A DNA stretch of 64,000 nt. It comes from Okamejei kenojei (Eukaryota). Both the position numbers and the translations under genes were made by a program. The stretch lies in the NCBI GenBank assembly GCA_035221665.1, contig CM069149.1, forward strand, positions 1,860,001 through 1,924,000. Direction: 5' to 3'. The notes under the pieces are model-generated. The model was not told the origin of the DNA and did not search any database. It saw only the letters and a program-made list of their open reading frames with translations. Positions 12,301 through 24,650 of this stretch are shown piece after piece; within the stretch, counting starts at the first letter, position 1, and each line of letters opens with the position of its first letter.

Positions 12301-13061
12301 GAGCACAACAGGTCATGCAAAAAGAGAAATTAAACAGAGTGCAGAATATAGTGTTGCAGCTGCTGATAATGTGTAAAGAAAAGGGTTGCAAAGAGGCAGA
12401 AGAGCTGTGTCTGGGGCTATTGGTCAGGGCCTAGGTCAGCCTGTAGCTGAGACAAGGATACTTGGACATAAGGGCCAGAAGGCATGGATGTGCGACCTGG
12501 ATTCAGTGATCAAGCCACCATTGCTTGGATTGTTGGTAGCGGGTGCTGGAACAACCTAGGAGCCAGGAGATTCTACTGGCATGAGGATAGAATTTAAACA
12601 TTACCATTGTGTTTCTTTAACAACCTTAACATGTGGTCCATGAATAAAAAGCTTGGAGTATTATGATGAGATTAAAAATGGCAGCTCTTTGTTCATGTGC
12701 ATGTCACAATAGTAAAGATACCTTTTCAAAATCGTAATGAAATGCAAAGGATTTTTGCCATTAAACTATCCCTGAACCTAAAGTGAATACATGTTCTAAA
12801 TCAATTATTACGTTAGTTTATCTGAGTTACAAGAAGCCACAGCCCAATGGAGCAGGATATTAATATGTATTTTGATATGGTATTTATTTTAAAACTGGGT
12901 TCAGCGTACAATGATCGGGTTGACTAGGAAGTTGTAAGAAGACAATGTAGTTCTTCCAAAGAAGGGAAGCACTGTCAGTACTCACATTGCCTGTTCTTCG
13001 CCAACATCACTTCAACATTGGATTTTCATTTGGATATTGAGAAAGCCATCATTATTTCAGT

Positions 13062-13265
13062 GAGACAGACAGCATCTCTAGAGAGAAGAAATGGGTGACA
13101 TTTCAGGTCGAGACTATTCATCAGGCTGATCAGTCTGAAGAAGGGTCTCGACCCGAAACGTCACCCATTCCTTCTCTCCAAAGATGCTTCCTGTCCCGCT
13201 GAGACATTCCAACATTTTGTGTCTATCTTCGGTTTAAACCAGCTTCTGCAGTTCTTTCCTACACA
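13062..13265. mobile_element. Palindromic Penelope-derived element with a hammerhead-like core at 13135-13162
   Basis: Left arm 13062-13125 is a degenerate reverse complement of the right arm; central ctgatcag palindrome at 13126-13133. Confidence 0.85.
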
Positions 13266-13394
13266 CTAGCCATCATTATTTAATTGAAACCACAAAATGT
13301 CCTGTGACTGTACAGTTTACTGGCCTGGAATCTGGTGATTGGTGTTCACCATCATCACATAGTGAGACTGACATCAGATTTGGGATAAACAGGA

Positions 13395-13470
13395 AATGCT
13401 GGAGTAACTCAGAAAGCATCTTGGAGAGAAGGAATCGGTGATGTGTTGGGTCGAGACCCTTCTTAGATTT
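13395..13470 (-). mobile_element. Penelope-derived repeat fragment
   Basis: aatgctggagtaactcag...gggtcgagacccttctt. Confidence 0.7.
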
Positions 13471-16400
13471 GGGATATTTGCACGCAGAGCTTAATGCAGT
13501 TCGGCCCACCTCTAAATGCTGGGCTGTTGGCTACCAACTCTACTGCAAACATGGAGGATCGCTATTACTGATGTGAAATTGTAACTGTTTACTACTGCGC
13601 TCAGAAAATATCTGAAGTAATAGGCATTCTAGCACGAGCTGTAAGTGAGCTTTCAGTGGTATACAAGGCTGTAATTACTGTTTTGGGAGCAACCTGATCC
13701 TAAAAAAACTAATTACATACCTATGTATTTCTATTCAACAACATGAAAATTCCAAAAAATATTTGTTTTTTGATTGATTCTTTGTTTAATTCACTGTAAC
13801 ATATTGATATTTTTGGTTCAGAAATCTTCTAGGTTTGTTAAACTAATTAATGATAATGTGCTTTTTTCTTCATGAGAATTTGTTCATGTGATTAACTGTT
13901 GTCCTATCTTGATGACATAACATAAGAAATCCCATTGAACTGATGTTTAACAGCAATAGATTTCAGTTTAACGGAAGTCCTCAAAGCAGAAGTGAGCAGA
14001 TCATTGTGAACTTTCTTGGAAGTCGTTGCAACTTCTGGTTCTTACATTTATCCTTCAGATATTTTGATATTATATCCAGTTAATGTATACATTAGTAAAC
14101 CTGAGCCCAATATTACATACTGTGGCGAAATGGGAAGAAAGCTTGGCAATTACATAAAGCAGTACAGCACACAGCCTGCATTTGCAATTTAGACAATAAT
14201 TCCTTTGGCCAATTTGACAAAAGACAGTTTCCTTGGGCAGTGCCCAATTACATGCCTTCAACAGTTTTGTGCTTCTAATCTGTCCAGTAGGAAGGAAGAT
14301 GCAGCACTCAGCAGGGTGAGGATTGGGAGCAGCAGGACAGGTATAGGCAGAAGTGACACAAAAGCCATACCACATGTGGAACTCTGAGAAACACTCTATG
14401 AGTCACCAAAATAAATGTGTATGCAACTTCTTGACGTCTTTAGCTCTTCGTCTCTTGGTTCAGCTGAGAAGTACATTCATGGAATCTACTTTCTTAAGTT
14501 GGCCATTGAAATTGAATTATGGTCCTTTGGAAATTCAGACCGCTTTAACTCTGATTCTCCCTATTATTCATGCGGTAGACCACATTAAAATTGTCACTAC
14601 CAATATAAAATAAGACTAGGAAATGAGGCTCGGTTTGAAGGAGCTTCACACATTATAATTCCAGGTGGCTAAGGGTAATTTCTGCAAATCTGTGACATTT
14701 TCCTTACAGTGAGAATCACGCACAGTTAAAGAATTGTTCAAAAGTGTAAGAAAACAACCTATGGAGCTCAGTAAAGATTTGTCTGTGTCATTTCTTATCC
14801 CAAGTGTGCTTGGTTTTAGAATCAAATAGTTCTGTGATTTCAATGGAGCAAATTTCACCTTAGTTGAGGATGCGCACTGCTTAATATTTAAAATGCAGCG
14901 TTGTTTACTGCAGGGCCATTCAAATCGAATGGAAGGAATCAGTCTGCCTATTCACCACCACATTTACTGAGAACTTCCAGCGGACTGGATGCAAATTGAT
15001 GGCGTGTGATGTATGATACTGCAGTCCACAATGTTGCAGATGCATGCTACCATATTGGCTGTTGTCACTGCAAAAGCTGACATACCTCCCCATCCCTTTG
15101 TGGGTTTGCTTTGACAAATGTTGGAAGAAATTGATGGGTAAGAAGGATTTATTTAGTTGCTTCTCCCATGGTACGGCATGCATACAAGATCTCTCGAGGT
15201 TTAGCGGATTGTATACATATGATCTCCCTTGGGGTCCTGGGGCTCTGCATATGATATATTAAATTTCTGGGATGATCTAAGGGCTGTGCATTCAACTCAT
15301 CCATTTCTGTAGCAGTCTGGAGAGGCTGCCCCTCGTTCAACCTGTCCTCGTACTATTCCCTTTAGAGTCTGCATATTTCCTTTTGTGTTATAATGGTGCT
15401 CGCTAATTCCCCTTGGTGAATGATTTCTCTCACCGCATCAGCCAATGTGCATTCTAAACATTATTTTAAATGAACATATGTTTTCTGCCTCGGGGATATC
15501 AAATGGTGAAGATGCAAATTTAATGACAGGAATGCTGATGTGAAACGTTCTTTATCACACCATCAGAAATTTCCAATATTTCAGATGATGTATATTTTGA
15601 TCTGTTTGAGTCTTGGTGGAAGTCATCATCCATAAAGTGTGAAACACAGGAGTTTTATTCAAGAAGTATCATGAGATTTCCAAGCACCTGCATATAAATT
15701 AACATTGCTGTCGAAATAGTCAGTAAGTTATATGGCTCTAACCAATGAATCACTCAATACTAATTGGCAAGAAAAATACATAGAAAGAAAGGGTGGTTGG
15801 CTGGAGACTTGGTTGGCTGGAGACTTCAACTGATTGACTCATTGTTGGCCACCAGCATTTCAAGCATTCATATGAACTGTAGTATTCGTTCATCGATTTC
15901 CAGATGAAGGTGCAGGCTTCAGCAAGCCATTGCGTGATCCAAAGATAACGCATGTAGACTAACAAGTGCTCAAAGCAATGGCTGCCTGCTGTGGGATGAG
16001 AGCCATGTTTGAAATCTATTTATGTGGCTTTCTTGCCCAAGGTATTGATACAACTATCTGTGTCACTAAAATCAACATTTTTGATCAAACCTCAAACTAG
16101 TGCCTTCAGGCTCTCAGTTCCACCACCCACCACCACTTCAAAAGTGAGTGTGTTGCATTTGTAGCAACTTGATTTGTTCCACAAGTTTTATATCATTTAT
16201 TTTCCCACAGATCAGTAGATGTGGTTATTGACGGTCCAGTGGTGGAGCATGTGGTTTGCTGGGCATTGCTCATCCTGCCTTCCCAAATTGGAGCATTTCT
16301 GCTCAGCCATCTGCTCAACCATTCAATCAGGATTGCCAGTCATTAACAGTCTCTTTCTAGTCAGTTGCTATTAATTGCTGCTAGAATAAAAAAATCCTTT

Positions 16401-16849
16401 ACACTATTTCTAACCTTTTTCCCTCTTTTACTCCCTTATCTGCCCTAATTACTTACTAATTGAAAGTAAATTGCATTCTTACAAAGTCCACAAGGATATT
16501 AGGAATTAGTGGTCCTGCATTGTATTTTCCATTTATTTGTTGTGTTCTTATTGGTAAGTCTGGTTGCTGATGGGCAAGAGGTTTTCCTCTCAAAGGACAG
16601 CAAACAGACATTGGCATCCGCTCCTGGGCCAACATCCCTGGTGTTCAAGACTCAGACGGAAACATAGGGCAAGCTGTATCACTCACATATCTGATACCAG
16701 ATTCCCAAATTGGACATTCTATTCTGAGTTAGAAAGAGATTATGAGGTGTTCAGAAATAATGATTCAAAGATATGTTCAATGCCTCTTTGAAGAAATAGA
16801 ACATCCCCACTGACTTCCAGAAATCTCACGCCCATGGGGTATAGAGGTT

Positions 16850-16990
16850 AAGTGGCTTATGTAAAATGTCCCTAATGTGCAAAGAATTAAAGTGAAAGTG
16901 GGATAACATGGAACTAGTGTGAAGAAGTGATCAATGGTTGGCATAGCCTGTTTCCACACTATCTCTAAATTATAACTAAATTAACTAAAT
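16850..16990 (+). mobile_element. SINE 3' fragment
   Basis: gtaaaatgtccctaatgtgc...cctgtttccacactatctctaaa, with a ctaaa tail. Confidence 0.55.
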
Positions 16991-18154
16991 AACCAGTAAA
17001 AAATGGAGAAAGAGCGTTTTGGGACAGCAGTAAGCAACACAAGGCCATTCATGGGAAGCACAAAGAACTCCGGCATAAATGGAAAGAAAATCAAATAACA
17101 CAAATCAACTAACTCACCCACCTGTCCCATAAGTCACCACTTGCCCACCTGTGGATGAGACTGAGCTTCCGACACCATAAGCCAGCTCGGAACCCACGAA
17201 GCTCGAGGGGAGACAAAGGAACACTGAAGTTAGTCACAAAACGGGGATATAGAATTCATTTATTTTACATTTCTAATAATCTTTTTCTCTGAATTTTGAA
17301 CAAATCACACAACTAAATAATATCAGTCTTCAGCTTCTCATGGGGGGTGGGGGAATAGTTTCTCCATTAAGATGTTAACGATTTCAGGCAATCATATCCA
17401 GACTTGTGTAGCTGGGACATATCGGTCGGTGAGGGCAAGTTGGGCCGAAGGGCTTGTTTCCACGCAGTATGACTCTGTGGTTCTGTGGCTCTATATTGAG
17501 TTTGTATGCTGGCAAATGTTAACGTTGTACCCCTTGACTATAATTATTCTATTTTATATTATATTAGGATTTTACCTCCAATGTTTTCTCAATAAAAGTA
17601 CAGCTAATTGGGAATGGTGGAATGTGCATTCAATGAATGCGGAAGAACTTCACATTACATTTGTAACCCCATCACTTGCTTATCATCAAGTATTTCTCGT
17701 CTGGTGAATAAGCTCTGTGTGAAGAATACTGAAGCCAAGCAGAGGGCTACAAACCTGGTTGTAAGTCTGGGAAAATGGAAGCACTCTGAAGTGATCTAGT
17801 ATTTATTTCAATCGACCGTGACTACATTCAAAGCAGTCACGAAGACTCCAGCCTTTCACAATGAGACTATTAGAAGTTTTTTTCCAAAAATAAACTTTTT
17901 GAGTTGCTTAAGACTATTTAAAATTGGTAAACTGGAGATTTAAAAAAAATTGTTAGCTAACTTGATCTGAAATTGAATATGTGGATGTCTTTCAAACTTA
18001 ATGTGAAATCAGTCGTAATACACAATGAGTTCTACTGACAAATGAATGGAAATGAAAGGCTGACAAGGTTTCTTTTCAAACCTCAGCTTATAGCGATGCG
18101 TCTTACTGCACTTTTGGTACTTGGGAACCGTATTTTCCTTTTTCTTTTTTTTTT

Positions 18155-18430
18155 GTAGTTTTGAGAGATACTGCGTGGAAACAGGCCCTTCGGTCCACAG
18201 AGTCCGCGCCTATCAGCAATCACATCCTACACACACTAGGGACAATTTTACAATTTTACCGAAGCCAATTAACCGTTAAACTCTTTGGAGTGTGGGTGGA
18301 AACCAGAGCACCCAAAGAAAACACACGTGGTCAGGGAGAATATACAAACTCCATACAGATCTGTAATCAGGAACCAACTATAGTTTCTGGCACCAGAAGG
18401 CAGCAACTCTACCACAGTGCTGTTGTGCCA
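18155..18430 (-). mobile_element. tRNA-derived SINE
   Basis: Reverse complement of the SINE at 3903-4222. Confidence 0.8.
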
Positions 18431-18944
18431 CTCTGTTACAGGAAATATGACCTTCAAATTCTGCAGTACAAGATGTCATAAACAGTGGTGGGAAAATGGT
18501 TGCATGATCAGTTTTAATGATATTGATTTGAAGAAATATTGCGCAAGTACTGTAGTATACATTTTACCTAAACCTCTTAGCAAATTCTTAGCCTCTGATG
18601 CTAAGAATGTCACAGTAAGTATAACATTTAACAATTAACTTGTTTCTTGTTGTGGGTATTGCTGGTAATTTAACATGTGACATCTAAACACCAAAACCAT
18701 TGGAAAAGTTCAAAATAAAAGAGAAGAAATCTTGCATTCCTTATTGGAATGCAACAAAGTTCTGAACAACTAACAAAATACTCTTGAAGTAGGTCTGTAT
18801 TGTCCTGTTGGAAATTTTGCTGCCAATTTACATACATCCAGCTCCCATAACAGCAATGGTTGATAATGGCTGGGATTACCTGACTTGTAGATATATTGAG
18901 TGAGGGACAGTTACTGATCAGCACCAGCTTGTCTCTTTGAAATA

Positions 18945-19090
18945 TACATGTTCATAAGTGATAGGAGCAGAATTAGGCCATTCGGCCCATCACGTCTACT
19001 CCGCCATTCAATCATGACTGATATATCTCCCCCTCTTAACCCCATTCTCCTGCCTTCTCCCCATAACCCCTTGACACCCGTACTATTCAC
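18945..19090 (-). mobile_element. CR1 family B 3' tail
   Basis: ataggagcagaattaggccattcggccc...cctgccttctccccataacccc. Confidence 0.75.
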
Positions 19091-19334
19091 TAATCAGTAT
19101 TCCCACGAGGTAATTATATATTTACTTGCAAGGTCAAGTTGAATATTGGTTTAATATCTTATCTTAATGCTAAAAGTGGCAGTTGCATTATAGATATCCA
19201 ATATTTTTGATAACCTTGGTAAAGAAGCTGTAGTCATGTCCATTGACTTGATTGGTTACAATGACCTTGTACTTTAATAGTATTTGCAATTATATAGTAG
19301 TTTTAATATGGGGGAAGATAGATGGTCAAAGACA

Positions 19335-20215
19335 GCAGTGATGACATTAACGACATGTGGACAGGTAAACAGATAGGAAAGGGTTAGACGGATATGGACC
19401 AAACGCTAGCAAATGCGACTAGGTTAGATGGGGCATTTTGGTTGGCATGAACAAACTAGACTGAAGGGCTTGATTCTATACTGTATAACTCTGTCATTAA
19501 GAATGGTAAGTATCAGTTTGGTTCCAGAGGTGGGTTGGCTTGTGGAAGGGCAGTCGGAGTATTGAGTAGAGAAGTTGGAAGGAAACGTTGCAGTTGTGTC
19601 AGACGTTGGAGAGGCCACATTTAGTGTATTATGTTCAGTAACAGACACCATGTTATAGGAAAGATGTTGTCAAGCTGGAAAGGATACAGAGAAGATTTAC
19701 GAGAATGTTGCCAGGCTAGAGAGTCTGGGCTATAGGGAGAGGTTGAGTAGGCTGGGACTGTATTCCTTGGAGCGCAGGAGGATGAGGGATGATCTTATAG
19801 TGTATAACATCATGAGAGGAATAGATTGGGTAGCTGCACAGAGTCTCTTGCCCAGAGTAGGGGAATCGAGGACCAGAGGACATGGGTTTAAATTGAAAGG
19901 GAAAATATATAATAGGAAAATGAGGGGTAACTTTTTCACAAAGCGGGTGGTGGGTGTATGGAACAAGATAGTTTAGGTGTATGGAACAAGATAGGTGGTG
20001 GGTGTATGGAACAAGATGCCAGAGATAGTTGATGCTGGGAATATCCCAATGTTTAAGAAACAGTTAGACAGGTACATGGATAGGACAGGTTTGGAGGGAA
20101 ATGGACCAAGCGCACGCAGGTGGGACTACTGTAGCTGAGACATGTTGACTAGTGAGGGCAAGTTGGGCTGATGGGCCTGCCTCCGCACTGTATCACTCTA
20201 TGACTCTATGACTTT
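19335..20215 (+). mobile_element. CR1 family A fragments (tail at 19335-19495; ORF2 end plus tail at 19585-20215)
   Basis: ORF 19743 'RLGLYSLERRRMRDDLI...GNFFTKRVVGVWNK'; internal triplication of gtgtatggaacaagat at 19954-20017. Confidence 0.88.
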
Positions 20216-20840
20216 ATAACAGACAGGCAATATGATTCGAGGGAATTGGGGGTTAGAACATTTGAAGACACAGCTGTTAATAATGAGATGAAGAGAGGAT
20301 GGAGATGAAAGGGAATGGTGACTATGTGGTGGTTGCAAGGGTGGAAGAAATACACAGAGTAAAGAAGAGGAGGGGATGGCAGTATAAAGAAGAAGCAAAG
20401 TCTAATGCTTGAGAATGGCTCATGCGAAGATCAGAATTTTATATTGAAGATATTGGAGATCATGGAGCCAATAAAGTTAGCTGGGTCAGGCTGATGGATA
20501 GCTGAAATTGCTCCATGATAGGAAATATGGCTTGAAAGAGCTGAAGTATACAGGAAGTAAATGATAGAAAAATGCCACGGAGCCTTGGAATTGAGAATGA
20601 TAAGGAGTTTAGTAGCGGAGAGACTGAGGAGTGGGTTCACATGAGCAAAGTTACGAAGAAGAAAGAGGGTAATCATTGCGATTGGAACTTTAACATGAGA
20701 CTGAGATGCATGAGCCATAAGGGTGTATGGTGGATTATGGACAAAGATTTGGGATTTGCTCATTTTGATCGAAGTAAATTAAAGTTGATCTATGACTATA
20801 TATTGGACAGTTATGGAGGGGTCCAGGAAGTCAAGGAAAG

Positions 20841-21750
20841 GGGTGGCACGGTGGCGCAGCGGTAGAGCTACTTGCTTGCAGCACCAGAGGCCCGGGTTCG
20901 ATCCTCACTACGGGTGCTGTCTGTATGGAGTTTGTACGTTCTCCCCGTGACCTTATGTGGTTATTCTTCAAGAGCATTGAATATAGGAGTAGGGAAGTAA
21001 TGTTAAAATTGTACAAGGCATTGGTAAGACCAACTCTGGAGTATGGTGTACAATTTTGGTCGCCTAGTTATAGGAAGGATGTCAACAAAATAGAGAGAGT
21101 ACAGAGGAGATTTACTAGAATGTTGCCAGGGTTCCAGCAACTATGTTACAGAGAAAGGTTGAACAAGTTAGGTCTTTATTCTTTGGAGCGCAGAAGGTTA
21201 AGGGGTGACTTGATTGAGGTCTTTAAAATGATGAAAGGGATAGACAGAGTTGACGTGGATAAGCTTTTCCCATTGAGGGTAGGGAAGATTCAAACAAGAG
21301 GGCATGACATGAGAATTAAGGGACAGAAGTTTAGGGGTAACGTGAGGGGGAACTTCTTTACTCAGAGGGTGGTGGCTGTGTGGAATGAGCTTCCAGCAGA
21401 GGTGGTGGAGGCAGGATCGATTTTAACATTTAAAAGTAAAGTGGATAGGTATATGGACGTGAAGGGAATGGAGGGGTATGGTCTGAGTGCAGGTAGATGG
21501 GACTAGGGGAAAACAAATGGTCGGCACGGACTGGAAGGGCCGAGAGGGCCTGTCTCCGTGCTGTAATTGTTATATGGTTATCATCGGTTTCCTACCACAC
21601 TTCAAAGATATACAGGTTTGTAGGTTAATTGGCCTTGTATAAATGTGAAATTGTCCCCAGTGTGTGTGGGGTAGTGTTAAAGTGCTTGGATCGCTGGTCA
21701 GTGTGGAATTGGTGGGCTGAAAGGCCTGTTTCCACGCTCTGTCTCTAAGC
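20841..21750 (+). mobile_element. SINE (20841-20972 and 21581-21750) interrupted by a young CR1 (about 20971-21580)
   Basis: A-box at 20852-20862 and B-box at 20895-20904. The SINE halves rejoin colinearly. CR1 ORF2 C-terminus 'YKALVRPTLEYGVQFWSP...GRWD' is uninterrupted. Confidence 0.92.
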
Positions 21751-22744
21751 TTAGAAAGGTAAATAGTACACAAATAATCTTTAAACCTGTGGAGGAATTT
21801 GTCAAAGGACAAGGTGTGGATGGTGAAGAGAAGGGACCTTATTAATATTAGCTCTGTCCACATAAATATCTCCATTACAAATATAAATAATAATTTAACC
21901 TTCCTTCTTTTTGTTAACTTTTGACCATGCTGTTTGTCCTCATAGTTCTACAAATAATATCCTCTTGCAATCTTTGCACTATTTTCCATTAGTTTAGATT
22001 GATTAAATGTACACACCTTTGCAGTGTCTATTTGCTGAAGATGCACATTTTATATCTAGAAAATTATCGTCATTTGGTGTTTTCCGTTTATTTGAAAACA
22101 ACATCCATGTTCATTGTAAAACGACATTATAATTTGACTTGTGCGTGTTAGGACTAAGAGCAAAAGAGCAATATATGGGGGCAGATTCATACACACGCCT
22201 ATTTTATACTGTCTGTGACCTTTGAGTTGTACAGTATTAATTTATTTTTGGGCTCACTACATTGTGCATAATATGGTGAACATATTCAGGTTCATTAAAT
22301 GTCCTGAAATTTATTTCACCCATTAATGAGAGGTGACTTACAGTGCATTCCCCATCCTTTGATTGGATTCACTGTGTCACCTAGTCGCTCAAGTTGCGCC
22401 AACCCGCGTTTCAACAAATCTGTTTAATAATGAAGTGTATTTTACAATAATGCAGATGATAAAATGTAGTTTATACATTAATTTATCCCTACAAATCACA
22501 AAGTGTAAATTCAAAATGCGTGTGAAGGGTAAGTTTGTATCTGGCTTCCTGTTATATCTATCCTTGTGCATTATGTCAGCTATCTGGGATGTGCATCACA
22601 TGCATTATATTGAAGATAACTTCAACAAAAACTTGAAAGATATGAGGACCACTACCCTTAAATGCAATGTTCCACATTGTCTCAAGGCACAAAACGGTTT
22701 ACAAACAATTTGTTTTTTGTAGTATTGTTAAGGGAGTATATATA

Positions 22745-23270
22745 TATTTTTAATAATATATATATATTACTAAAACTATCATCTTGTCTGTTTGTATGTG
22801 TGTGATCCTGAAATTATGCCAAAACGATACACACTAGCGCTACAATTTTTGGCCCATCTTATTCACTATTGTCCTGTGCTGTGCTGCAGCAAGTTCCGTT
22901 CAGGTTGATGTTTTACAAGTTATTCACATTTTAAACTTTACAAAAACCACTTTGACAAAATTCTCTTCCACTTCCACTGTACGTTAGCAGTGTATGACGT
23001 CACAGTGGGATCCCGAATCTAATTTACATTAAAAATTGCGATTAAAAAAAAAAAAATCTGTTTCATTCAAACTCTTCCGTTTTCATTCACAATGGGATCC
23101 CGATACTAAGTTACATTAAAACATTAAAAAAACCCTAAATTTTAATCAAATTCTTGGGGGGAGGTTTCATTTACAAAAATACACTGTGATTTTCATTGGG
23201 GGGGGGGGGGTGGGGGTGTGGGGGTGGGGTAGAGGAGAGGTTTAATTTACAAAAAAAACATTGCAATGGC
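22745..23270 (+). mobile_element. 5' portion of a non-autonomous Helitron related to 43345-43991
   Basis: Colinear similarity over about 200 bp to 43352-43550 (tatata..aaa..tcat.ttgt, caaaac..tac.c.ctagc, caagtt..., gttatt); no 3' CTAG hairpin seen. Confidence 0.55.
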
Positions 23271-23271
23271 C

Positions 23272-23365
23272 TAGGGTTACACAAAAAGCTGGAGAAACTC
23301 AGCGGGTGCAGCATCATCTAAGGAGCGAAGGAGATAGGCGACGTTTCGGGTCGAGACCCTTCTTC
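23272..23365 (-). mobile_element. Penelope-derived repeat (subfamily 2), core truncated
   Basis: Reverse-complement match to 12207-12299. Confidence 0.8.
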
Positions 23366-24519
23366 CTATGGCCTAATTCTGCTCCTAACACATGACCTTA
23401 TGATCTTTTAACGGCCAAGATATCGTACTCATCAGCAATAAGGTTGCGCTCACCTCTAACCCTGACAAACGCTGTCCACGAAGGCCTGGCCATGTCAGTG
23501 GCATTAAATTGCCCATTTACAATGTTGGCTGCTGTCAAGTGTTAATTCAAAAGGATTCCTTGGTCACAGCAGAAGCTATGCCATGAAGCTGGCTGGTCAG
23601 CCAGTTATATTGAGGAATTCGCAAAGATAAAGACAATGTTTTAGCTCACAATTCATAAATTTCTGATTTTGGAAATATAATTAAGAGTATACAGGTATTA
23701 AAACGGGAACTGAATTATTAAAACATTTTTGTGAATATATTTTCTCAATATTTTGAGACTACAATATTTGGAAATATTTGGGGGAAATATGATTCATAAG
23801 CATAAGATCATTTATTTAAAAACCTGCAGCAAAATCCTGGCACCAACGTCTTTTAGTGATGTACGTTTGCTTTTGACTGATAAATTGGATTGGTTACGAT
23901 CATCAGTGTTATTGAATAGAACAGTAGGTGTTTTTCTGAGTGTAAGAGCTAAAAGTTCTGTTCTGCCATCAGAGATTGTGGCAGACTGATCAAAAACAAC
24001 TGATATTCATTTTTTGCAGGATCAGGGTAGTGACTGTATGGAACAAAATAAAAATCAGCCTAAGGTTCCCTGAGTTTGTATGAAGTTTTAACATAACATT
24101 TACTGCTCTTTTGTGAAACCATATAATGAAATTCAGCATAAACAAAGCCATTTTTCAAGTCAGTTTATATGTGAAACGGATGGAGACTGGAATTTTGTAT
24201 TTTCTAAATGTACTAAAATTATGTTCAGCTAATGGTTGAATTTCAGCTTCATGGCATTTTCATTCACAAGTACCCAAGGAAGCAGCAGGAGGAGACTGGG
24301 GCAAGGAAGGGTTAAATTATCATCCTGTGACCTGGAGAAGAAATCTCACCTCTTCTGGTCTGCCAGGTGAATAAAGAAATGTTGCCCTTGAATGGTTTCT
24401 TGTACTGAGTCTCCTTCCCACTCACATAACATGGTGGGGGATAGTACAATGGCCTCTGCTGACTGGTGGAGGCGAGATTCCAGTATGGTGTGAAGATGAC
24501 TTTGAGGCAAGATGATAAT

Positions 24520-24650
24520 GTAAGAGATATGGGAAGAAGGCAGGAATGGGGTACTGATTCTGGAGATCAGCCATGATCATATTGAATGGCAGTGCTGGCT
24601 CGAAGAGCCGAATGGCCTACTCCTGCACCTATTTTCTATGTATCTATGGA
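24520..24650 (+). mobile_element. CR1 family B 3' tail
   Basis: ggcaggaatggggtactgatt...gaatggcctactcctgcacctatt. Confidence 0.78.

Noticed and set aside
19954-20017. CRISPR-like spaced repeats (gtgtatggaacaagat x3; also 56832-56911)
   Set aside because: These are local slippage duplications in a vertebrate intron, with no unique spacers of regular length and no cas genes.
20925-21506. 193-aa ORF as a host gene
   Set aside because: It is a chance fusion of a SINE ATG with a truncated CR1 ORF2 C-terminus, and it lacks the RT core.
23198-23230. G-quadruplex-capable runs (also 37341-37378)
   Set aside because: They are simple G-rich tracts within or next to TE remnants, with no evidence of function.
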